DNA from: Candidatus Nomurabacteria bacterium | GTDB taxonomy: Bacteria > Patescibacteriota > Minisyncoccia > Phycocordibacterales > Phycocordibacteraceae | Direction of reading: 5' to 3' | Length of the DNA stretch: 64,000 bases | Assembly (NCBI GenBank): GCA_943353835.1 | Contig: CALRBA010000001.1 | Location: forward strand, 17,497-81,496 | Part shown: positions 9,205 to 17,619 of the stretch, in pieces | Position numbering within the stretch: position 1 is the first letter of the stretch | Layout of the letters: every line of letters begins with the position of its first letter | Translations under genes and position numbers: made by a program | The notes under the pieces: generated by a model | The model's database searches: none | The model's input: only the letters and a program-made list of their open reading frames with translations | Told to the model about the DNA's origin: nothing

Positions 9205-9447
9205 TTAGCGACTGACGAGCCGTTGATAATCATCCATACCCCATTCAACCATCTCAAGTATATCCGCATCGCGCGCCGCTCGCGCGAACCCTTCCTTAAG
9301 GATATTTTTCATAGTGTCACGCTGGTATCTTTTTAAAGCTTCTTCTAGGACTGAGCGGCGCGTTCGTTTCTGGGTTCGTGCGCTTCTGTCAACCCAAGCG
9401 ATAAGCTCTGGTGAAATGGTGCTGGTAAATGAAGCGGTGGTTTTCAT
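9205..9447 (-). CDS. Ribbon-helix-helix antitoxin
   Basis: 80 aa; TISPEL...RRSVLEEAL RHH pattern, acidic tail; immediately upstream of toxin. Confidence 0.8.
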   Translation of the reverse strand: MKTTASFTSTISPELIAWVDRSARTQKRTRRSVLEEALKRYQRDTMKNILKEGFARAARDADILEMVEWGMDDYQRLVSR

Positions 9448-9516
9448 ATGTCTGATTATACGTATAATAGCATCATAGGGACATAGTGCAAGAGTTTCTG
9501 CTACTATGACAGCAAT

Positions 9517-9589
9517 GCACCCTTAGCTCAGTTGGTAGAGCAACGCATTTACACTGCGAAGGTCGTAGGTTCGAGTCCTACAGGGTGCA
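9517..9589 (+). tRNA. tRNA-Val(TAC)
   Basis: GCACCCTTAGCTCAGTTGGTAGAGC...TTTACAC...GGTTCGAGTCC...AGGGTGCA. Confidence 0.95.
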
Positions 9590-9628
9590 CTTGAAACCGA
9601 AAAGCATGTTATACAGGTTGATACATAT

Positions 9629-10300
9629 ATGAACGTTGAATGCGTTGGGATTATTCTGGACGGTAATCGCCGATGGGCGAAGGAAAACGGCGTATCAAAA
9701 CTGGAAGGGCATCGTGCGGGAATGGAGACATTGAAGAAGACCGTGCGATTTGTGCGTGATAATAGTATCAAACATCTCATAGTCTATGCGTTTTCAACGG
9801 AGAACTGGAATCGCGATACAGATGAAGTGTCATATCTTATGGACCTATTCCGCGAAGCGATACAGAAGGAGATGAGTGAATTGGGAAAAGAAAACGTTCG
9901 CGTACGCTTCATTGGTCAGCGTGAACGTTTCTCAGAAGATTTGCAAAAATCAATGAATATTACTGAAAAAGAAACAGTAAAGAACGAAGCGATAACATTG
10001 TGGATATGTCTCTCGTATGGCGGGAGAGCAGAGATAGTCGCGGCGGCGAATGCCGCCGCCGAGAAAAGTGTTTTGATAACTGAAGAATTATTGGCGAAAA
10101 ATTTGTGGACTTCGGAAATGCCAGACCCTGACATCATAATCCGCACCGGCGGAGAAAAAAGACTTTCCAATTTTCTACTCTGGCAATCTGCCTACAGCGA
10201 ACTCTTTTTTACCGATACGCTTTGTCCTGACTTCAACAAAGAAGAGTTTAATTCCATTCTCGCAGAATTCGCGTCTCGCGAGCGCCGTAACGGTAAATAA
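9629..10300 (+). CDS. uppS: Polyprenyl diphosphate synthase
   Basis: IILDGNRRWA, YAFSTENWNR, DIIIRTGGEKRLSNFL. Confidence 0.97.
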   Translation: MNVECVGIILDGNRRWAKENGVSKLEGHRAGMETLKKTVRFVRDNSIKHLIVYAFSTENWNRDTDEVSYLMDLFREAIQKEMSELGKENVRVRFIGQRERFSEDLQKSMNITEKETVKNEAITLWICLSYGGRAEIVAAANAAAEKSVLITEELLAKNLWTSEMPDPDIIIRTGGEKRLSNFLLWQSAYSELFFTDTLCPDFNKEEFNSILAEFASRERRNGK

Positions 10301-10302
10301 TA

Positions 10303-11040
10303 ATGGAACTCCAGATACTTTACGAAGATGCAGATGTGGTAGCAGTAGCGAAGCCAGCCGGACTGATTACGCATTCTGACGGGAGGACGAAAGAAGAAAC
10401 AGCAGAGGATTGGTTCAAAGAGAAATATGAGGGAGGGCTTGCCTCGCCGAAGCCATGCGGAGGCGGGTATGTGCATAGATTGGACCGTGATACCTCCGGC
10501 GTTCTAGTCTTCGCCAAGAACGCGTCGGCGTATGAATTCTTGCGCAAAGCATTTCACAATAGAGACATACAGAAAACTTATATAGCAATTGTCTATGGCG
10601 TTCCAAAAGCGAAAAAAGGCGTTATAGATTTTGACATTGGTCGCTCGCGCCAAGACTTCAGGCTCCGGAGCGCCCAACCGAAGGCGAAGGGCCGTCTTCG
10701 CGACGCGCTTACGCGTTATGAAGTAATAGGAGAAGTGGAAGGTTACGCGCTTATGAGGTTGAATCCGGAGACTGGCAGAACGCATCAGATTCGCGTGCAT
10801 CTGAAGGCCATTCATCACCCAATTGTTTGTGATTCTCTGTATGCTCCCGGTTTGTCCAAGAGCAAAGCGATTGGAAACAAACCGCAGTCCCTTGGGACGC
10901 CGAATCTAGGTCTCTCACGCCTCGCATTACATGCGAGTACGCTCAACATTCCACTCCCGAGTGGAGGTAGGACCACAATCGAGGCGCCAATACCAGAAGA
11001 TCTGTCGGTAGCACTCGCACATTTCCCTACAGCGTGTTAG
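10303..11040 (+). CDS. RluA family pseudouridine synthase
   Basis: KPAGL, VHRLDRDTSG, TGRTHQIRVH, LALHA. Confidence 0.95.
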   Translation: MELQILYEDADVVAVAKPAGLITHSDGRTKEETAEDWFKEKYEGGLASPKPCGGGYVHRLDRDTSGVLVFAKNASAYEFLRKAFHNRDIQKTYIAIVYGVPKAKKGVIDFDIGRSRQDFRLRSAQPKAKGRLRDALTRYEVIGEVEGYALMRLNPETGRTHQIRVHLKAIHHPIVCDSLYAPGLSKSKAIGNKPQSLGTPNLGLSRLALHASTLNIPLPSGGRTTIEAPIPEDLSVALAHFPTAC

Positions 11041-11055
11041 AGTGTCGCGACACAT

Positions 11056-11559
11056 ATGAGAGTCATAACTACTGTCAATATAGAAGGGCGCGCGAAGCTC
11101 GGGATACGCCCTGGCGATACTGTGCGCGTCATTCAGAATATTGTTGAACTTAAGAAAGATCGCGGTACCGATAAGAAGGAAAAAACGATTAAGAATGCCC
11201 GTAAGCAGGCATTTGAAGGTCTCGTTCTTGCGGTCAAACACGGCGCCGAAGCAGGGGCGACTTTTACCGTCCGCGCGACTCTCTCTGGAGTCGGAGTGGA
11301 GAAGACATTTCCGCTCTATTCCCCGGTTATTGATTCAATTGAAATAGTAAAGCGCTCCAAAGTCCGTCGCGCGAAGCTCTACTTCATCCGTGAGAAGGCG
11401 GCCAAGGCGGTCCGCCGTCAGCTACGTAACGCACGCATGATGCATTTGAAGAGCGATGAAGCTGTCGCTGTTCCCGAGGAAATTGCAGCTCCGACGTCTG
11501 AAGTCGGAGCCCCGACCGAAAGCGTCGGGGAAGAGAAAAAAGAAGAAGCTGTAGTATAG
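11056..11559 (+). CDS. rplS: 50S ribosomal protein L19 with C-terminal extension
   Basis: RPGDTVRV, QAFEGLV, GVGVEKTFP, KVRRAKLYFIR. Confidence 0.97.
   Translation: MRVITTVNIEGRAKLGIRPGDTVRVIQNIVELKKDRGTDKKEKTIKNARKQAFEGLVLAVKHGAEAGATFTVRATLSGVGVEKTFPLYSPVIDSIEIVKRSKVRRAKLYFIREKAAKAVRRQLRNARMMHLKSDEAVAVPEEIAAPTSEVGAPTESVGEEKKEEAVV
11488..11530. repeat. Second copy of the double-hairpin element, in-frame in rplS
   Basis: GCTCCGAC-N7-GTCGGAGC and CCCCGAC-N7-GTCGGGG. Confidence 0.93.
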
Positions 11560-11570
11560 TGTTCCAACCT

Positions 11571-11652
11571 GCCCGGGTGGCGTAATTGGTAAACGCGTAA
11601 GATTGAGGTTCTTATGTCGCAAGACGTGGAGGTTCAAGTCCTCTCCCGGGCA
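11571..11652 (+). tRNA. tRNA-Leu(GAG)
   Basis: GCCCGGGTGGCGTAATTGG...TAAGA-TTGAGGT-TCTTA...GGTTCAAGTCC. Confidence 0.95.
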
Positions 11653-11812
11653 CAAAATATCAAGAAAATACGGACTAACAAGGGGTAATGGGGACAGCCA
11701 CCATTGTTTCGTAAATAGTGTGGTATAATTTAATACATGCTACGGAGTGAAAGGTACCCTTTTTAATTTTCATGAAAAGTTTTGAAATTGATAAAAGAAG
11801 TCTTGAAATAGT

Positions 11813-11851
11813 ATAAAAAAACTCCCTTGACTGCACATGCAGTCAAGGGAG
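11813..11851 (-). terminator. Intrinsic terminator of the CDF gene
   Basis: 14-bp stem CTCCCTTGACTGCA/TGCAGTCAAGGGAG followed by a T-run on the minus strand. Confidence 0.8.
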
Positions 11852-11900
11852 AAGGCCTCGCTCCGAGAGGGGAGGAGAGCGAGAGAAGGGACTAAAACAA

Positions 11901-12536
11901 TCAGTCATCCAGTATTTCAAGGAACAAGACAACGGCGATGCTAATCATAGCAGGAGCTGCGATTAACGAAAGCACGGCATCTGCCCGTACCCACCCGAAG
12001 AGCCATCCGGTCAATCCCGAGATGACAACGATTCCGGAAAGTCCCATATCGCATAAGACATGCAGATTGGCTACTTTGTGAGAATGGCTTTGTTCGTGGC
12101 GAGGGATTTTTGAGAGGACTTTGTAGGCCCAAAAGTTTCCCAACCCGCCGATAAAGCCCACAACCATAAGCCACTCGTTTTTAATGGAGACGGGATTATC
12201 CAACCGTTCAAGCGCTTCGGAAAAGACAGATATCGCTCCGAGGATAAGGATGCCGATACCCGCATACGCGAACCACTTTTTTGCGGTACGGCCATTACTC
12301 CCGCTTGCTCTAATCGCGTAAGTGGCAACCAAGGTGGCTCCGAAGAGTATCAAGAAATCCGAAATACTATGAATAGTGTCGGACTTCAAGGTCGTGCTCG
12401 GCAGAATTTCCAAAACAAGAAAGAGCTGAGCAAAGAATATCGTAAGCGTGATCATGGCGGCTTGCCAAGTGAGCAACGCTTCTTTTTCAAGAACCCCCGG
12501 ATGATGTCCGAGACGGATTATTTTGTAGAGTGGCAT
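11901..12536 (-). CDS. Cation diffusion facilitator family transporter (TM domain only)
   Basis: SDTIHSISD and LHVLCD metal-site helices, His-rich loop, ADAVLS. Confidence 0.85.
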   Translation of the reverse strand: MPLYKIIRLGHHPGVLEKEALLTWQAAMITLTIFFAQLFLVLEILPSTTLKSDTIHSISDFLILFGATLVATYAIRASGSNGRTAKKWFAYAGIGILILGAISVFSEALERLDNPVSIKNEWLMVVGFIGGLGNFWAYKVLSKIPRHEQSHSHKVANLHVLCDMGLSGIVVISGLTGWLFGWVRADAVLSLIAAPAMISIAVVLFLEILDD

Positions 12537-12664
12537 GGCACCCTCCTAGACAAGTCAAAGAAAAGAAATAACTGCTAACTGCGGAGCAGTATAACAAAAA
12601 ATAAGAGGAGAGGGAAGGGAGTTTTTGACTATATAATATACTGCTATACTACAATCACGCCGTT

Positions 12665-12922
12665 ATGACTATTCTGAAGTATTTGACACGAGTCTCTTTT
12701 ATTGGGATTTTTGTTATAGTCGTGCTTTTTTCAAATATCGTCGGCTTTGTGACCGATTGGTGGTGGTTTTCTTCAGTAGGCCATACACAAATCTTCATTA
12801 CCGCTCTGGTCGCTAAACTTGCATTGTTTTCTGGAGTGGGAATTTTTGCGGCAGTTTTTCGGTTGCGCGGTCATATATTTTTTGCGGGGCAGTCTGTATA
12901 TCGCGAGCTTGCAATTGCTTAA
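12665..12922 (+). pseudogene. N-terminal fragment of a UPF0182 family membrane protein
   Basis: TDWWWFSSVGHTQIF resembles the UPF0182 N-terminus; only 85 aa where family members are several hundred aa. Confidence 0.6.
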
Positions 12923-13154
12923 GCAAATGCGAATAGGGGCTGGTCAGCCCAAATGATTTCCAATCACAGAATACAGGGCTGTTGCCCCCAAACAGAATGC
13001 TATCCAATACGCAGTAGTTTCTAATCCATTACTCCTTTATAATCTTGACTGTAATGGGGTAGGTATTTTGCCGTCTATATACGGTGGCAAAAGAATTACC
13101 GAATTCTTGCTAGGTTCGCGCAACTGATAGAATTCTAGGGTAGTATTGATTGAA

Positions 13155-15866
13155 ATGCCGCCGCAACAAATTTCCTGGCACACAAAGACAGTCCTTCAGA
13201 TTTTCGACACGCTCCGTTCGCGTGAGCACGGCTTGACGAAAGAAGAAGCGATTGAACGTTTCCAAGAATACGGCTCTAATAAACTCCCTGAAGGGAAGGT
13301 GGATAATCTGTTCCTAATTTTCTTACGGCAATTCCAAAGTCCGTTGATTTATATTCTCTTTGTAGCGGCGGGTATTGTTCTTCTGATGGGAGAAACTGTT
13401 GACGCCCTGATCATCTTCGCCGTGCTTCTTTTCAATGCGGTCGTAGGGACCATTCAGGAAGGTAAAGCGCAAAACGCGCTCCTCGCGTTAAAAAAATTCT
13501 CCGAAACCTCGGCTACCGTACTACGAGACGGAAAAGAAATTATCGTCCTTGATACCGAGGTAATGCCAGGGGATATTATTATGTTGCAAGAAGGAGAAAA
13601 AGTTCCAGCAGACGCTCGAATTATTTTTGCCAATACACTGAAAGTTGATGAGGCGAGCCTCACTGGAGAGTCAGAGCCTATAATGAAGACCGATGCAGTA
13701 GTTCCAGCTCGCCTCGTCCCCGACTCGTCGGAGCGGGCTGATACATTGCCGGTAACAGAGCAGAAAAATATGATATTCAAGGGCACGCATGTGTTAAGCG
13801 GGAACGGCACCGCGATTGTTGTCGCCATTGGGTTCGCAACCGAGATTGGTAAGATTGCGCAGGAAATCTCCTCCATTGATACCGAAATTCCTCTGAAAAC
13901 AAATATTCGTTATCTCTCGCGCCTTATTATCGTCGTGGTAGCCGTTATCAATGTCGCGCTGATTGTTATCGGCGTTCTTTCAGGCAAATCGCTTAAAGAG
14001 ATGTTTACCACCGCAGTGGCGCTTTCGGTCTCCATCATCCCCGAAGGGCTCCCTATCGTTATGACGCTTGTTCTGGCAACTGGCGTATGGAGAATGTCAA
14101 AGCGCAACGTATTGGTAAAGCGGCTACAAGCAGTGGAAGCGTTGGGGCAGACGAAAATAATCGCGGTAGATAAGACCGGGACATTGACCAGAAACGAAAT
14201 GTTGCTCCAGCGCGTATACATTGACGGCAAAAATTTTGAAATCACAGGCAACGGGTACGAGCCGAAAGGAGAAGCAATTTTTGACGGTGAAGTCATTAAC
14301 CCCTTGAACCACCCGGAACTGCTTTTCAGCGGGAGGATCGCGGCGTTCTGTGCGAGCGCTCGGCTCTCTTTTTTTGAAGAAACGGGTATGTGGAAGATCG
14401 CGGGAGACCCAACCGAAGCGGCGATACTAGTGTTCTCTGAAAAAATTGGATTCCGCCACGACATGTTAGAAAAGGAAACACCGAAAATCTTTGAACTGCC
14501 GTTCGATTATCGGAGAAAATATCATGCCGTCATTCGCTCCGTTGACGAGAAAAATTTCCTTACTGTCGTCGGCGCACCGGAGAACGTGCTTAGGCTTTGC
14601 AAAAAATCCTGGCACAAGGAAGGAACAAAGACGCTTACCGAGGAAAAGAAAAAAGAGCTAGAGGCGGTATTCCACAGATTCGCGCGCAGCGGCTTCAGAG
14701 TAGTCGCGTACGCCGTCAATCTTGATACCGAACGGGTCGTAGACAAAGAAGCGCTACCTCCGCTCGCGTTCGTCGGGTTCTTCGGCATAAAGGATGCTCT
14801 CCGTGGTGAAGTGAAAGAAGCGATGCAGAGAGTAAGAGAGGCGGGTATGCGTGTGGTGATGATCACGGGCGATCATCGCCTCACTGCGCAGGCAATCGCG
14901 AAAGAGGCGGACATTTGGCGAGAAGGCGATTACATCCTCACCGGAGAAGACATTGATATTATGTCCGACGAGGAACTCGCAGAAAAACTCGCCCGCACCA
15001 CCGTCTTTGCGCGTGTTACTCCGGACCACAAGCTCCGCATCATTCAGGCATATCGCAAACGAGGAGAAATTGTGGCCATGACCGGAGACGGCGTGAATGA
15101 CGCCCCGTCGCTTGTCGCCGCCGACCTTGGCGTGGCAATGGGAAAAATTGGCACCGAGGTGGCGAAGGAGGCCGCTGATATCGTCCTTCTGGACGACAAT
15201 TTCGCCAGCATCGTCTCGGCCGCCGAGGAAGGTCGGAGTATTTATAAGACGGTTAAGAAGGTTCTTACATTCCTTTTCTCTACCAGTATAGGAGAGGTGA
15301 TTAATATCATGGGCGCACTCTTTTTACGTTGGCCGATCCCGCTCCTGCCGTCGCAGATTATCTGGCTCAATTTTGTCACCGGCGGATTCCTGACGGCAGC
15401 CCTTGCTATGGAGCCAAAGGAGCAAGGTCTTCTGCACGGAGCATTTGAAAAACAGAAGAAATGGATTATAGACGGCTTTATGACGCGGCGTATGTTGCTC
15501 TTGGCTCCTGTGATGGGGCTTGGAACGCTCTATCTCTTCAGCCTATATTTTGAAACTGACCTTACCAAAGCCTGGACTATGGCGCTCACGACTATGGCCG
15601 TCTTCCAGTGGTTTAATGCGTGGAATTGCAGGTCGGAGAGTAAATCTATTTTTCAGATGAATCCGTTTTCTAACAGATACCTCGTCGGCGCGACCACTCT
15701 CGTCGTTTTCCTGCAGTTGTTCGCAGTCTATAATCCGTTTATGCAGAAAGTCCTGCACACCACACCACTTTCGTTCTCAGAATGGAGCATACTTGTTTCA
15801 GTCGCCGCGTTAGTCATTTTGGTTGAGGAGATACGTAAATTCTTTTACCGAAGACAGTTAATTTAA
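13155..15866 (+). CDS. Cation-transporting P-type ATPase (type IIA, Ca2+-like)
   Basis: LTGES, PEGLP, DKTGTLT, MITGD, TGDGVNDAP. Confidence 0.96.
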   Translation: MPPQQISWHTKTVLQIFDTLRSREHGLTKEEAIERFQEYGSNKLPEGKVDNLFLIFLRQFQSPLIYILFVAAGIVLLMGETVDALIIFAVLLFNAVVGTIQEGKAQNALLALKKFSETSATVLRDGKEIIVLDTEVMPGDIIMLQEGEKVPADARIIFANTLKVDEASLTGESEPIMKTDAVVPARLVPDSSERADTLPVTEQKNMIFKGTHVLSGNGTAIVVAIGFATEIGKIAQEISSIDTEIPLKTNIRYLSRLIIVVVAVINVALIVIGVLSGKSLKEMFTTAVALSVSIIPEGLPIVMTLVLATGVWRMSKRNVLVKRLQAVEALGQTKIIAVDKTGTLTRNEMLLQRVYIDGKNFEITGNGYEPKGEAIFDGEVINPLNHPELLFSGRIAAFCASARLSFFEETGMWKIAGDPTEAAILVFSEKIGFRHDMLEKETPKIFELPFDYRRKYHAVIRSVDEKNFLTVVGAPENVLRLCKKSWHKEGTKTLTEEKKKELEAVFHRFARSGFRVVAYAVNLDTERVVDKEALPPLAFVGFFGIKDALRGEVKEAMQRVREAGMRVVMITGDHRLTAQAIAKEADIWREGDYILTGEDIDIMSDEELAEKLARTTVFARVTPDHKLRIIQAYRKRGEIVAMTGDGVNDAPSLVAADLGVAMGKIGTEVAKEAADIVLLDDNFASIVSAAEEGRSIYKTVKKVLTFLFSTSIGEVINIMGALFLRWPIPLLPSQIIWLNFVTGGFLTAALAMEPKEQGLLHGAFEKQKKWIIDGFMTRRMLLLAPVMGLGTLYLFSLYFETDLTKAWTMALTTMAVFQWFNAWNCRSESKSIFQMNPFSNRYLVGATTLVVFLQLFAVYNPFMQKVLHTTPLSFSEWSILVSVAALVILVEEIRKFFYRRQLI

Positions 15867-15916
15867 AAAGTTCCCTACATAGGCGCGCAAAGTGTATAAT
15901 TATGGCACAAAAGATA

Positions 15917-15946
15917 AGGGCTCGAACAACATGTTGTTCGAGCCCT
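15917..15946. terminator. Perfect 30-bp palindrome, probable terminator between convergent genes
   Basis: AGGGCTCGAACAACATGTTGTTCGAGCCCT is self-complementary. Confidence 0.75.
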
Positions 15947-15963
15947 GTTTGGATCAGTGGAGC

Positions 15964-16137
15964 TCAGCGAGCCCCGAAGACCCAGTCCCAGTTAATCGGA
16001 AACATCAGACAGATTACGGCGAATACGAATCCTACCGCAAACCACATCAAATCATTGCGAGTTAAATTGCCTGCAAGCGGAACTCGCTCGCCCCACCAGT
16101 CCCGACGGAACTGGTTAATTCGGTAGTCCTTACTCAT
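15964..16137 (-). CDS. Small 57-aa Trp-rich membrane protein (not in ORF track)
   Basis: MSKDYRINQFRRDWWGERVPLAGNLTRNDLMWFAVGFVFAVICLMFPINWDWVFGAR; GGAG RBS, promoter and terminator present. Confidence 0.75.
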   Translation of the reverse strand: MSKDYRINQFRRDWWGERVPLAGNLTRNDLMWFAVGFVFAVICLMFPINWDWVFGAR

Positions 16138-16166
16138 TTTTTTCTCCGGTTATGAACCTGTTAGTT

Positions 16167-16195
16167 AGTATAGCACCATTGCTCTAAAAAGTCAA
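16167..16195 (-). promoter_or_regulatory. Sigma70 promoter of the small membrane protein gene
   Basis: TTGACT-N17-TATACT on the minus strand. Confidence 0.8.
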
Positions 16196-16227
16196 TAGAC
16201 GCTAAAAGTGATGTATAATAAGCCCAT

Positions 16228-16761
16228 ATGCTCTACACCGGCAAAGGGGATAAAGGAACAACGACGACATTTGGCTGTAATCAACAGCGAATATCAAAGT
16301 CGTCTGAATTACCCGAGGCGCTCGGCACGCTGGACGAACTAAATACTTTTATAGGGTTCGTGAAGATGCGCGCGATAGATTCTCCGCGCATTGCGATTAC
16401 GCTACGAAAAGTACAGGAGAATCTTTTCATTATTCAAGCGGAGACGGCAGGGGCAGATAAAAGATTGAAAGATGGTTCAGTAGAAGAGATTGGGAAAATA
16501 GTGAATGATATAGAAAAAGAAATTCCACCGATAAAGGGGTTCTCTATTGCCGGCGGGACGGAACTTTCTGCTCTCTTGGACGTCGCGCGGACGCTCTCGC
16601 GCCGAGCCGAGCGGCGCGTTATTGCGGTGAAAGAGCTTGGCTTGCGTGAACTCACTCCAGAGACGATGGCGTATATGAATCGTCTCTCCTCGCTCCTCTT
16701 CGCGCTCGCGCGCCTCGCCAATCACCTCGCTGGTGTGAAAGAAGAAAATCCGAAGTATTAG
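16228..16761 (+). CDS. PduO-type cob(I)alamin adenosyltransferase
   Basis: LYTGKGDKGTT, GTLDELN, ARTLSRRAER, YMNRLSSLLF. Confidence 0.93.
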   Translation: MLYTGKGDKGTTTTFGCNQQRISKSSELPEALGTLDELNTFIGFVKMRAIDSPRIAITLRKVQENLFIIQAETAGADKRLKDGSVEEIGKIVNDIEKEIPPIKGFSIAGGTELSALLDVARTLSRRAERRVIAVKELGLRELTPETMAYMNRLSSLLFALARLANHLAGVKEENPKY

Positions 16762-16789
16762 CGCGCGTCCCGCCAAGGCGGGACGCGCG
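16762..16789. terminator. GC-rich hairpin (terminator or repeat) related to 48492-48525
   Basis: CGCGCGTCCCGCC-AA-GGCGGGACGCGCG. Confidence 0.7.
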
Positions 16790-16856
16790 TATTTCGTGTT
16801 TTCGTGTTATAAAAAATATGTGCCCGCCTACGTTAAAACTACGGCGAGGCAAGCGT

Positions 16857-16933
16857 GGTGGTCGTAGCTCAATTGGTAGAGCATCTGCCTGTGGCGCAGA
16901 AGGTTGTGGGATCGTGACCCATCGACCACCCCA
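16857..16933 (+). tRNA. tRNA-His(GTG)
   Basis: G-1 plus GTGGTCG/CGACCAC acceptor, TCTGC-CTGTGGC-GCAGA, C discriminator, encoded CCA; atypical T-loop ATCGTGA. Confidence 0.92.
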
Positions 16934-16966
16934 GCAATTTTTATCGGCGAGTGATATCATTTACGA

Positions 16967-17608
16967 ATGAAAAGCTTATTTTTGGGCATACTATTCATCC
17001 TGTTCGTAGGCATAGGCGGATTTATGTATCGGAACGCCGTTGAATATCCGACACGTCCGATAGCGTGTCAGCTTGACGCGAAGGTGTGCCCAGACGGTAC
17101 AAGCGTTGCGCGCACAGGAAGCGACTGCTCGTTCCCAGTGTGTTCGTCTCCGAATGTTTCTCTCTCTGATATAGGTGTCGCATACGCTGTGCCTGACGGC
17201 TTCGTTCCCGCAGAATTGCCAGACTCTACGAGCGTTGTCGCATACGAGAAGCCGTCAGACGGTTTGAGCTCGGCTAGTATTATCGTCCGACGTTATTCAA
17301 TTGACGCATCTTCAACACCTCTCTCCGTCATTAAACAGACTGCAATCGGCGGAGCCTCCGGAGCTCCTGTGCCGACAACGGCATTTTCATCAACCGTTAT
17401 CGGGGGACATCGCTTCACGATTGTTTCTATAGAACGTTTTGAAGCTGTGATTAACACCGCGTATTATCTGGCGCGCGGTTCTGATGTACTGCGTTTTGAC
17501 GCGATTGACAGAGAGGTTATAAATTGGACGGAGCCGAATCTAGACGTATCAAAGCTCACTGCGCACTCTGCGCTAATGGGTCTTCTCACAACCCTGCAAG
17601 GGGGGTAA
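16967..17608 (+). CDS. Membrane-anchored protein with CxxDAKxCPDG motif
   Basis: N-terminal TM, ACQLDAKVCPDGTSVARTGSDCSFPVC. Confidence 0.8.
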   Translation: MKSLFLGILFILFVGIGGFMYRNAVEYPTRPIACQLDAKVCPDGTSVARTGSDCSFPVCSSPNVSLSDIGVAYAVPDGFVPAELPDSTSVVAYEKPSDGLSSASIIVRRYSIDASSTPLSVIKQTAIGGASGAPVPTTAFSSTVIGGHRFTIVSIERFEAVINTAYYLARGSDVLRFDAIDREVINWTEPNLDVSKLTAHSALMGLLTTLQGG

Positions 17609-17619
17609 TATATACACAT

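Noticed and set aside
10218-10235. UppS LCPDF instead of LWPDF as a sign of inactivation
   Set aside because: Single substitution; catalytic motifs are intact.
13066-13092. TTTTGCC...GGCAAAA inverted repeat as an operator of the ATPase
   Set aside because: Single occurrence with no identifiable regulator; cannot be supported.
15902-16126. Plus-strand 74-aa ORF
   Set aside because: It runs through the palindrome; the opposite-strand ORF has RBS, promoter and a TM helix.
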